Source: Macrostomum hystrix (taxonomy: Eukaryota > Animalia > Platyhelminthes). Taken from it: a stretch of DNA of 64,000 bases. The DNA is taken from positions 1,364,001 through 1,428,000 of the forward strand of contig CATNEN010000030.1 of the NCBI GenBank assembly GCA_950097015.1, written 5' to 3'. This document shows positions 32,501 through 44,500 of the stretch, in pieces (the stretch's first letter is position 1; each line of letters begins with the position of its first letter). A program made the position numbers and the translations under genes. The notes under the pieces were generated by a model. It did no database searches, was not told the origin of the DNA, and was given only the letters and a program-made list of their open reading frames with translations.

Positions 32501-35500
32501 ACAAGGATGTAGGATTTGAAGGACCGGAAGTGGAACAAGGATGTAGGATTTGAAGGACCGGAAGTGGAACAAGGATGTAGTATTTGAAGGATCGGAAGTG
32601 GAACAAGGATGTAGGATTTGAAGGATTGGAAGTGGAACAAGGATGTAGGATTTGATGAATCGGAAGTGGAACAAGGATGTAGGATTAGTTAATTAGGGAG
32701 TTTAAAAGAACAACTGTAGAGAGTTGTAAATTGTGCTTTTGCTTAACGCGCTACTTAAAGTAATGTCACAAGGAAACCATAGCTACAACGTTTAATCTAG
32801 TTTTAGGATTGAGTCATGCGCTATTTTTAGAAACAAGTCATGTGACATGAAACCGGAGAACCGGTTCTTGACAGCTGTATTTGCTTGAATTCCAAATATG
32901 GTAAAACAAACAATTATGACTTATCGGGTTCTGCATCTGTATTTACACAATATTCCAAATATGGTAATGTTCACCTGAAAAACCCCCAAAACGCAGCTGA
33001 TCAAACAAGTCTGACCTCACTGTGCAAACATGTATGCCCAATGTAAACACCCGGTAGTAGAACCGGTTTTTTCCCAAAATTTTACTATAAATACAAGCGA
33101 AAATCCGAGCTGAAAATTCAGACTCGGAGTGGTCCACCGGACTTCAAAACACCTTACGAAGAAGAGGACTCATCTCTGAGGGAAAGACAAGTGGCAAGCG
33201 CTTTACTAGACAGAGTTATTTATTGCTAGCAATCGTTGTTGAATTGAACAAGTTTACGAGAAGTACGACGAGAGCCACATATCGTCGATACATTTGAAAA
33301 AGGCCTCCTTGTTTCCTAGGATACATTCCTAGAGGATTATTGATTGATTTGATTTGAGTTATCCGTTATCTTTCGGAGGTAACGAAGAAGACGCCCTTCA
33401 GGAGGACCTATTAGAGAGACACAAGAGAGATTTCAATTGTTCACTAGGGCGCACGTTTCTATTGTGAATTCCGAGCTCGAGGAAACCGACAAGTAATCTG
33501 ATTCGCTCTCGTCATTTATTGGCCAACAGACAAACTCAAGCAGCTGCCAAGAAGACAAAGAAGACAAGACTACAAAGACTCAAGAAACACAGACTCGAAA
33601 CCTCACGGTCGACCAGAACAAGGATAATAAGAACCGCCGGCTTTCGAAGACCAGAAGACTACAAACTACTCAAGGAACAAGAAGCAATTGCAGTAAGTCT
33701 CACGTGACTGTTATAAATTCCTAGGCAATTGTTCCCCATTGTCTAGAAGTGGGAGTTTCGTGTGTCTGATCAACACGCAAAACTCTTCACAACAGGCAGG
33801 CTGAGGGGGTGAGTGGATCAGCGGCTAATGTCGCTGCTTCACTTGCCAATGGTCGCTGGTTCGTTCCTCCCTCCAAGTCACGATTATTTCGGAGCTTAGT
33901 TGAAGGTTTGCGAAGTAGTGACTTGCGGTGATGCACCTTATTCTGTGCAACCATAGCTAATTTTAAATAGCTTAACCTTAAATAGCTGCCTTCTGCTCTG
34001 TGCGTGTGCGGGTCTGGGGTGAGAGGCACTCCGACTGCCGCCTAGTTCGCCGGCTTGGGGGCAAGCCGTTTCTGCGCTTGTGCGTCAAGTGCCCCAGGCC
34101 CCCTGCAATTAAGTAAAAAAAGCGGGCTGTCTCACCCAGGATCTCCAGAACGCGCAGCTGAGTGTCGGATCCGGCATCGTTCTTTGCTACGCACAGAAAA
34201 TTGCCGGAATCGCCGATTCTGTAAAAAATGCAATACAGCTCGTAACAGAGTAACTAGTAACTACCAAGGGGGGCGTAAATATCCCGCAGAAAATTTTCCG
34301 CCTTTGAATGTAGCACACGAAACTCAAAAACACAGCACAAACTTTTGTTGCAATTTTGTTCTGACACAAAAAATCAACTCGCCAACCATCGAGATATTCA
34401 ACAGCTGAGGAAGTACGTCTAATTTCTTCGAATTAGCACTGCGCCCGTCACCCGACTTTACCTGCTTCACCTCCAACTTCGAGGGTCACTGACCTTCGTC
34501 TCAAACCCGAATCACTCAAACCCGAATCACTCAAACCCGAATCACTCAAACCCAAATTACTCGAACCCGAATCACTCAAACCCGAATCACTCAAACCCGA
34601 ATCACTCAAACCCGAATCACTCAAACCCGAATCACTCAAACCCGAATCACTCAAACCCGAATCACTCAAACCCGAATTACTTAAACCCGAATCACTCAAA
34701 CCCGAATTACTCAAACCCAAATCACTCAAACCCGAATTACTCAAACCCAAATTACTCAAACCCGAATCACTCAAACCCGAATTACTCAATCCCAAATCAC
34801 TCAAACCCGAATTACTCAAACCCAAATTACTCAAACCCGCATTACTCGAACCCGAGTCACTCAAACTGAGTATGAATCTAAAAGTGCTTACCTCGCATAA
34901 GGTATTTGCAGATTTCCCGTATCTAGAGTCCTATAAAACGGGTCATTTCTAGGAATCTCTGAGCCATTCTTCTGCCAGGTGACCAGAGGTGCCGGATCGC
35001 CCGTGGCCTGACACTCCAGCGTCACATCCTCGCCGACCAGGGCCTGCCTGATCAGGTTTGAGACTTCTCGAATCTTTGGCTCGACTGTGAGAGTTGAAAA
35101 TTAGGAAAGCAAGCTGCTGGATAAGCTTAGTGGATCAAGCAAACGGAATTCCACAGGGCTGAGGACTCACCCATGATCTTAAGCTGGTACTGGGCGAACG
35201 CCATACCTGCTGGGTTTGTGGCTTCGCATGTGTACAATCCGGCGTGTGAGGCCTCCAAATTAGTGATCAGAAGGCGCTGTCGCTCAAGGTTAAATCGATA
35301 GTCTGAGGCGATGATTAATTGATTACGTGATTGAAATGTTTCTGCTTAGAAATGCGTTTTTTCTGAACTTTTTAATATAAAAATTAAAATGTAATAAATA
35401 ATTCGATTTAAAAAATCGTCGATTTGATAATTTGTCGGGAGGGTGAGTGGCAAAGCATTTAAAAGCGGTTTCCACTCGCACCAAGGTCCCTGTGCTCGAT

Positions 35501-38500
35501 TCCGCGGCGAGGCCACATTCATTTGTAGTCGTTAAGTCGTGCAATTTAAGTCATTGAGGGCCAACCTCCAAGGCGCAGTGAGTGTACACTGCCTGACGAT
35601 GACGTGTGAGCGTATGCCTGGGTACAGTATCTGTGTGTGCTCAGGAGTCAGTGGAATGGGCAGAATTGCCTCCTCGCTGGCTGCGGGTCTAGTGTCACCA
35701 AGTAATGTACAATTGCCCGCTGCCCCCTTGCAATTAATTTTTTCGTTTTTTAGGAATTCGTCTATTCCTAAATTTACTAATTAAAAAATTCTTGATAGAT
35801 TTAGAAGTGACCAGTCTGAAAACTCATTCAAAATAAAACTAAATCACTTAGCATTCGCAGAATGAGTTCCGCACTCACTTGAGCTCTCCTGAATCGGTTC
35901 CGTTCCCTTCTTCCAGCCAATCACTGGCCTGGGATCGCCTGTGACTGAGCAGTCAAGCTCAATCTGATAGTTCAGCTTGGCTTGTAAAATCTGGTAAGGC
36001 CGGGCGTTGATTCTAGGCTTGACTGGAAAATTTTTAAAAAAAGTAAATTTATGACAGAAATGAAAAAAATGGATAGTTTTAGCTCTTGGAGGGTCATAGT
36101 ATATTGAAAAGGGTCACTCTTGAAGGGTCACTCTTGAAGGGTCACTCTTGAAGGTTCACTCTTGAAGGGTCACTCTTGAAGGGTCGCTGTTTAATGGTCA
36201 CTATTGAAGGGTCACTCTTGAAGGACTAGGATCGAAGTGAACATACAAAATACGACTCACTCTGCACAACCACCTCGATCCTGATCATGTCCTGGCCGAT
36301 GTTGTTCCTGACCTCGCATGTGTACACACCGGCGTCGGAATCGTTGGCCCGGCCAATCAACAGGCTCTCAGGTCTCACCTGGACTCGGCCGTCCGAGGCC
36401 ACCTGCCGACCGTCCTTCTTCCACACGGCGATGGGAGCCGGGCTGGCTTCGTAGTCGCACAGCAGACGCAGGTCTTCGCCTTCGATGGCCCGAATGAGTT
36501 CTGGCTGGCGACGAATGCTCGGCTTCATCACCACCTGGAAGGCGAGCAGTGGGCTGTTAAGTCTAGAGTTAAAATCCACCAGCTAGTCCTTGATTCTAAA
36601 TAATTCTCAGTCTAATCCCCTGATCCTTCAATGACCCACCTGTTTCCTTAGCCTTCAATGACCCACCTGTCCTCTGATCCATCAATGACTCACCTGTCCT
36701 CTGATCCATCAATGACTCACCTGTCCTCTGATCCTTCAATGACCCACCTGTCCTCTGATCCATCAATGACTCACCTGTCCTCTGATCCTTCAATGACCCA
36801 CCTGTCATCTGATCCTTCAATGACCCACCTGTCCTCTGATCCATCAATGACTCACCTGTCCTCTGATCCATCAATGACTCACCTGTCCTCTGATCCTTCA
36901 ATGACCCACCTGTCCTCTGATCCATCAATGACTCACCTGTCCTCTGATCCTTCAATGACCCACCTGTCATCTGATCCTTCAATGACCCACCTGTCATCTG
37001 ATCCTTCAATGACCCACCTGTCATCTGATCCTTCAATGACCCACCTGTTTCCTGAACCTTCAATGACCCACCTGTTTCCTGAACCTTCAATGACCCACCT
37101 GTCCTCTGATCCATCAATGACTCACCTGTCCTCTGATCCTTCAATGACCCACGTGTTTCCTGATCCTTCAATGACCCACCTGTCATCTGATCCAGGTGGG
37201 AATCTGGAGATGACCCACCTGTCCTCTGATCCATCAATGACTCACCTGTCCTATGATCCTTAAATGACCCACATCTTCCCTGATCCTTCAATAACCCACC
37301 TGTCCTCTGATCCTTAAATGACCCACCTGTCCCCTGAACCTTCAATGACCCACCTGTTCCTTGATTCTAAAATGATCCAGTTTTTCTGTAGTGATCCACA
37401 GGAGTAAAATGATCCAATGAATATTATTCAGTGAGCCCACCTGCAGATCGTAAGTCTTTGTCACTTCTCCGGCGCTATTGGCAGCCTCGCAGGTGAACGT
37501 CGATGCGTCGTCCAGGGCGACACGTCGAATGCGAATGCGTCGGCCGTCCTCAAGAAACTGGTAGCGCGGATCGTCCATGCTCAGCCGGACGCCGTTCTTA
37601 ATCCAGGTGATGCGAGGCTCCGGGTTGCCCTGTCGTATGGATTGGATGGCTCAATGCTAGCACTGCTAGTGGTTGCCGAAAATTGCTCTGAATTAACCAA
37701 TGATGTTTGGGTGGCGTCGGAGTTGGCCGGGTGTGAGTTGGCTGGGTTTGGGTTTGGCCGGGGGAGGCGGTTGGCAGGGGTGGGGCTTGGCAGGGGTAAG
37801 GGTTGGCAGGGGTAGGGGTTTGCAGGGGTGGGGGTTTGCAGGGTTGGGGGTTAGCAGGGGTGGGGCTTGGCAGGGGTGGGGCTTGGCAGGGGTAGGGGTT
37901 GGCAGGGGTGGGGGTTTGCAGGGGCGGGGGTTAGGAGGGGTGGGGGTTGGCAGGGATGGGGGTTGGCAGGGGTATGAAAAGGCGACGGTTCGAGGTGTCT
38001 GGGGTGGGGTTTGATTGGAGTTTGGTTGGCTGGAGTGGGGGTTGACTGGGGTGGGTTGGCTGGTGTTGGGCTAGATTGGGGGAGTGGGTTGGCTAGTGTA
38101 ATATTCTTGCTTGATTATACGCTCGTAGCTAAGGCTAAATTAAAGGATGTTGTAAAATGGTATGTTTAGGCAGTCAGGGGTTGAGGTTAGCCGGTAAGGG
38201 TTTCCGATCCTAATTACCCACCTGGGCCGGACAAGCCAACTCCGCGGCGTCGTTCAGCCGATGCAATTTAGTCTCCGGGCCGCTAATAAAATCGCGCGGG
38301 AATCGCGGCGCCACCTGCACCGTCACCTGGTACAGCTTGGAGGCCAGGCCAGCCTCGTTCATCAGGCGGCACTCGTATGAACCGCTCTCGTCTCTAGTTG
38401 GCGAGATGATCATTAGGGTCTGGCCGTAGTCAGTGACGCGATAGATTTCACTGGTGGCAGGAATGGGCTGGTCATCTTTGAACCACTGCACCACGGGCCT

Positions 38501-41500
38501 GGATGATTGGAAGCGCGGTTGCATTTTGATTAGGGATACCTTCGATCGTTCATCGACTGAACAAAGCATCAAAGCATCAGTTAGGCGGTTTATCAAAGGA
38601 TCAGTTAGGCGGTTTATCAAAGGATCAGTTAGGCGGTCTATCAAAGGATCAGTTAGGCGGTTTATCAAAGGATCAGTTAGGCGGTTTATCAAAGGATCAG
38701 TTAGACGGTTTATCAAAGGATCAGTTAGGCGGTCTATCAAAGGATCAGTTAGGCGGTTTATCAAAGGATCAGTTAGGCGGTTTATCAAAGGATCAGTTAG
38801 GCGGTCTATCAAAGCATCAGTTAGGCGGTCCAGGACAGACTTACCTTGAACTTCCCGTAGGTGTACACCTGAGCCGTGTGAACTCATGCTCACGCACAGT
38901 GATTCGCACATGTGCGGAGCCCTCTCGCAGGCCGGGCGGCGCGATGACGACCAGTTTGAAGTAGCGCGACACTCTTGCGGCCGCGTTGTGCGCAGCGCAG
39001 GTGTAATTATCGGCGTGAGCCTCTCCGACGCTGGAGAAGACCAGGCGGCTGTCGCCGTCGGCCAGTGTCGGATTGGCTGACGCGCCGGTGGCGCTGATGA
39101 TGCCGCCGCTGTTGCGAGTCCACAGATACCTCGGCTCCGGTATGCCGACGGCCAGGCAGTCTAATGTGAGTGATGAGTTTTCAATAACGCGATTTAGGAC
39201 ATAAGGCCCGGTGGCCGTGTCAACGAACGTCGGCGGCACCATGATTGTCAGGTTGAAGCTGCGATGGATGCGACCGTATCGATTCTCAGCTGAGCAGCTG
39301 TACTCGGCTGTATCCGACACCTCTGAGCGAAGAATTGTAACTCTCTGGCCATTGTTCTCTATGCGGACGCGATCGGTTTCATTCTGTGGATTAAAATAAT
39401 AGGGATTGCGGCTAATAAAATTATCTAGAGATTTGCGGCTAATAAAATTATCTGTAGATTGGCGGCTAATCAAAGGATCTGGAGATTGACGGCTATTCAA
39501 AGGATCTGGAGATTGGCTATAAAATAATCAAAGGATCTGGAGATTGGCGGCTAATCAAAGGATCCGGAGATTGGCGGCGTATCAAATGATCTGGAGATTG
39601 GCGGCTAATCAAAGGATCCGGAGATTGGCGGCGTATCAAATGATCTGGAGATTGGCGGCTAATCAAAGGATCCGGAGATTGGCGGCGTATCAAAGGATCC
39701 GGAGATTGGCGGCGTATCAAAGGATCTGGAGATTGGCGGCTAATCAAAGGATCTGGAGATTGGCGGCTAATCAAAGGATCCGGAGATTGGCGGCTAATCA
39801 AAGGATCCGGAGATTGGCGGCGTATCAAAGGATCTGGAGATTGGCGGCTAATCAAAGGATCTGGAGATTGGCGGCTAATCAAAGGATCCGGAGATTGGCG
39901 GCTAATCAAAGGATCCGGAGATTGGCGGCGTATCAAATGATCTGGAGATTGGCGGCTAATCAAAGGATCTGGAGATTGGCGGCTAATCAAAGGATCTGGA
40001 GATTGGCTATAAAATAATCAATGGATCACAGGCTGGTGAGTCTCACAAGAGGTAGGCGATTCCGCTGCCAGGTGATGTTGATTGGCGGGGTTCCCCTGAC
40101 GGGGCACTCGACCACCGCCGGCTTATCCACTCGGCCGCGCATGTCGTAAACCAGGTTGGCCTCGTCAATGCTGGGCGCCTCGACCACCGTCAGCCTGACC
40201 TCAGCGGAGTCTCGTCCGGCTTCGTTGACCGCCTCGCACCGGTAGACACCCTGCGACTCCGGATCGACGCTAACAATCTCCAGCTCTTGGTTCTGGCGTC
40301 GGCTAACCAGCCGGCGGTTGTCCAGCGTCAGTGGTGCACCGTCCTTGAACCATGCGATGCTGGGCTGCGGAGTGCCGCTGACGCTGCACCGGATCACGAC
40401 GCCGCGATTGCGCAACACCTGCCGGGCCAGGTCGCCGAGCGCGGCCCGATCGATTTGGGGCGGATCAGCGATGATCAGCGTGGTTTTGCTGGTCACCTGA
40501 CCTATTCGATTAGCGGCGCTGCACAGGTAGAGCCCGGCGTCGCTGACAGTCAGGCCGCTGATTGTGAGAATTTTTCTGTCCTCGGATAGGACGGCGCGCG
40601 GATCGGCTCCGGGCGTCAGCTCGGCGCCGTTCAGTCGCCAGCCGATGACGGCCTTTGGGTAGCCGTCGATGACGTCGCAGAATAGGCTCACCCGCTCGCC
40701 GGTCCGCTTGCTGATGCTGCGCTCCGCACTGCTCGGATCGCGCAGCTTCGGCTCCATCAGGATGGCCACTTCAACCTGGGATGGATCGCGTTGGGTAGCT
40801 AGATTTATTTGGGGCGCAGCCGCGAAGAGAAGGCTTGTGAGCTAGAAATCTAGGAAACTAGCTAGAAATCTAGGAAACTAGCTAGAAATCTAGGAAACTA
40901 GCTAGAAATCTAGGAAACTAGCTAGCTCAACTTCTAAACACGACAACCCACTGCTCAACTGCTCAACCCTACTCACAGACTCTCGCGCGCTGCCAACCGA
41001 GTTGCTGGCCTCGCAAGCGTAGGTGCCCTGGTCCTCGGCCTCGGCCCGGTGCAGCTGAAGCCGCCGATTGGCATCGTACAGGCCGTACCGACTGTTCCGC
41101 GGCGGAAGCTCTCGCCCGTTCTTCAGCCAACGAATAGTGGGCCTGGGCACGCCTGCCGCGCTACAGTAGAAAGTCAAGCTGTTGCCCGGGTAATGAGAAT
41201 AGGTCTCATTCTGCGGCACGTTGGGCGTGAAGATTTCAATCACCGGAGCGCTGTGAACAACGACATCGATGAAGATGCTGTCCGTGCCGGCTTTGTTCTT
41301 CACCACGCAACGGTACCGACCGGAGTCCCCCTCGCTAACTTGGGATATTTTCAGCGATTTACTCTGCGGTTCGTTTGGGATGGCTTGATGTTGGATAAAG
41401 CACTTAAATGTGCACAGCTGTGAGAGATACAATTCAGACTACTGACAACAGTAGATAAAGCAAAGACTTGGCTGCAAAACTCTCACATAACACTAAAAAG

Positions 41501-44500
41501 TATCGCCATAAAAATGGCAAGGTTAAAAGAGACTTCTGTGCACACTAAGAGTTGTGGGAGAGGACTGCGTGTGGCTATGGCTGACTGACGAAGGCAAACA
41601 AGCCAGAAACCGGTCTCGGTCTGCCAGCGCGAGGTTCGTTCCCCACTTTTAGTGTGTTACACACGCGGTTGCTAGGTGGAATATCAGGTTGAGTTTGTTG
41701 TCCGTAAAGGACAATAAAGTCAATTGTGCAGTTGCTAGGTGGGATAATTAATCAGTGCAGTTGCTAGGTGGGATAATTATCAGTGCAGTTGCTAGATGGG
41801 ATAATTAATCAGTGCAGTTGCTAGGTGGGATAATTAATCAGTGCAGTTGCTAGGTGGGATAATTAATCAGTGCAGTTGCTAGGTGGGATAATTATCAGTG
41901 CAGTTGCTAAGTGGGATAATTAATCAGTGTAGTTTCTAGGTGACATAATTAATCAGTGCAGTTGCTAGGTGGCATAATTAATCAGTGCAGTTGCTAGGTG
42001 GGATAATTAATCAGTGCAGTTGCTAGGTGGGATAATTAATCAGTGCAGTTGCTAGGTGGGATAATTAATCAGTGCAGTTGCTAGATGGGATAATTAATCA
42101 GTGCAGTTGCTAGGTGGGATAATTATCAGTGCAGTTGCTAGATGGGATAATTAATCAGTGCAGTTGCTAGGTGGGATAATTATCAGTGCAGTTGCTAAGT
42201 GGGATAATTGATCAGTGTAGTTGCTAGGTGGGATAATTAATCAGTTTAGTTGCTAGGTGGGACAATTAATCAGTGCAGTTGCTAGGTGGCATAATTAATC
42301 AGTGCAGTTGCTAAGTGGGATAATTAATCAGTGTAGTTTCTAGGTGACATAATTAATCAGTGCAGTTGCTAGGTGGCATAATTAAACAGTGCAGTTGCTA
42401 GGTGGCATAATTAATCAGTGCAGTTGCTAGGTGGGATAATTAATCAGTGCAGTTGCTAGGTGGGATAATTATCAGTGCAGTTGCTAAGTGGGATAATCAG
42501 GTCGAATGTGTTGTCACTAAGTGGGATAATTGATCAGTGTAGTTGCTAGGTGGGATAATTAATCAGTTTAGTTGCTAGGTGGGACAATTAATCAGTGCAG
42601 TTGCTAGGTGGCATAATTAATCAGTGCAGTTGCTAGGTGGGATAATTAATCAGTGCAGTTGCTAGGTGGGATAATTAATCAGTGCAGTTGCTAGGTGGGA
42701 TAATTATCAGTGCAGTTGCTAAGTGGGATAATTAATCAGTGTAGTTTCTAGGTGACATAATTAATCAGTGCAGTTGCTAGGTGGCATAATTAATCAGTGC
42801 AGTTGCTAGGTGGCATAATTAATCAGTGCAGTTGCTAGGTGGGATAATTAATCAGTGCAGTTGCTAGGTGGGATAATTATCAGTGCAGTTGCTAGGTGGG
42901 ATAATTATCAGTGCAGTTGCTAAGTGGGATAATCAGGTCGAATGTGTTGTCACTAAGTGGGATAATTTAGTTAAATGTGCAGTTGCTAGGAGGGATACTC
43001 AAGCAGAATGTGTAGTTTCTCAGTGGGATAATTGACTCGAGGGTATCGTTGTTTCGTGTGTACTTTAGATATTTGACCAGATTCAATTGGGAAAAGTTTT
43101 AGTTTGAGATGGTTAAGTCGGCTTACTCCGTCCGCATTGGAGATCAGCTCGATGTTCTCAAACACAACGGGGTCCACTGGCACGTTCTCTTTGAGCCACG
43201 TGACCTCTAGGCCGGCGCCGCCAGCCGTGACGCCCTCCGAGACGCGACAGTCGAGCACCATGCTGCTGTTGACTCGAACAATCTTGCGGCTCAAGTCCCC
43301 CAGACCGGTAGGCGGTTCGATCTTGGGCTTCGGAATCACCTCAACACGAATGTCGCGCGAGTTAACGCCCAAATCGTTGCTAGCCGTGCAGGTGTACGTG
43401 CCGGCGTTCTCCGGTCTCACCTGCGGTATGAGCAGACTCGATCCGTCGTCCGTTGGGAATGCGGCCGATTCGGGCAACAACGGCCGGCCGTTGAATTTCC
43501 ATTCGTAGACAGGCCGAGGATTGCCGGTGATGTTGCAGTGAATCTGGCGCATCTCGGACACAAAAAATTGCAGCCGCTGAGCTGCGAGCTCCGACAGAGT
43601 GGGCGCCTGCAACAGACGCGAGGGAATGTTAAGGAGCTGGTACCAGGTGCCCCTGTGTCCTTTAGTGGTATTGACAGTGTAGTGAGTCACTAGTTACTTG
43701 GCTTAGTATCTAGTTCCCACTCCGGTGACTAGTTAGCCTATATGGAATAGCTTAGTCACTATCCTATTAGTTAGTACTTAGTTGATGTCTTAAAGTTGTC
43801 AATATAGGAGAACTGTGACCTGCTTTTTCCACGGTTTTTCCACGGTATTTCCGCCTGCCTGAATTTTTCCAGCCAATGAGAGCGCTTGAAGGCCCTCAGC
43901 CAATAGCAGAGCATGGTGGGCTCCGAACCTTCTATAAAAACGAGACACCTGAGAGCCCAAAAACTCAGACCTGCCGGCTGCCAGCACCATCGACGCGCAA
44001 GTCGATGAGTTTAGATAAACTCTCAAGAAAGCTAGAGCTTGAGGAACCAGGACTACATGATTCTTTTGGATAAGAGTTTCCTAAGGGCATCCGAGAACTA
44101 CAGCTTGAGTTAGGGAGCATTAGGATGGACTCTCTCTGATTAGAGTTTCCTTCAGATATCTTAAGGCTGCGAGAGCTCTCTTGGATAAGAGATTAACACT
44201 CGCCTTAGCGAACTGGGATAGCGTGGACTTCTCCCGTTTAAGAGGTATCCTACGTTAACGTTATCAGGAGATCTCGTGGATGCGGGACCAATTCCTGAAG
44301 GTAATAAATCAGAGATTTCTCTTGGATAAGAAAGACACTTATCTCTTAGGGATCATTTAAGGCATTGATTTTAAGGCATGTATCCGTTCGCAGCGATGCT
44401 TTTTGTGTGGACATTGTCCACCGACAATTGTCTCCGAGTCTCAACTCATTTTTACTAGTTCTAAGGAGAGAAGACTTACGGTACAATCGACCATCTGACT

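Noticed and set aside
29637-32674. Long ORFs of 301-990 aa
   Set aside because: They are translations of the 34-bp minisatellite (34-aa period in several frames) inside a hemicentin intron.
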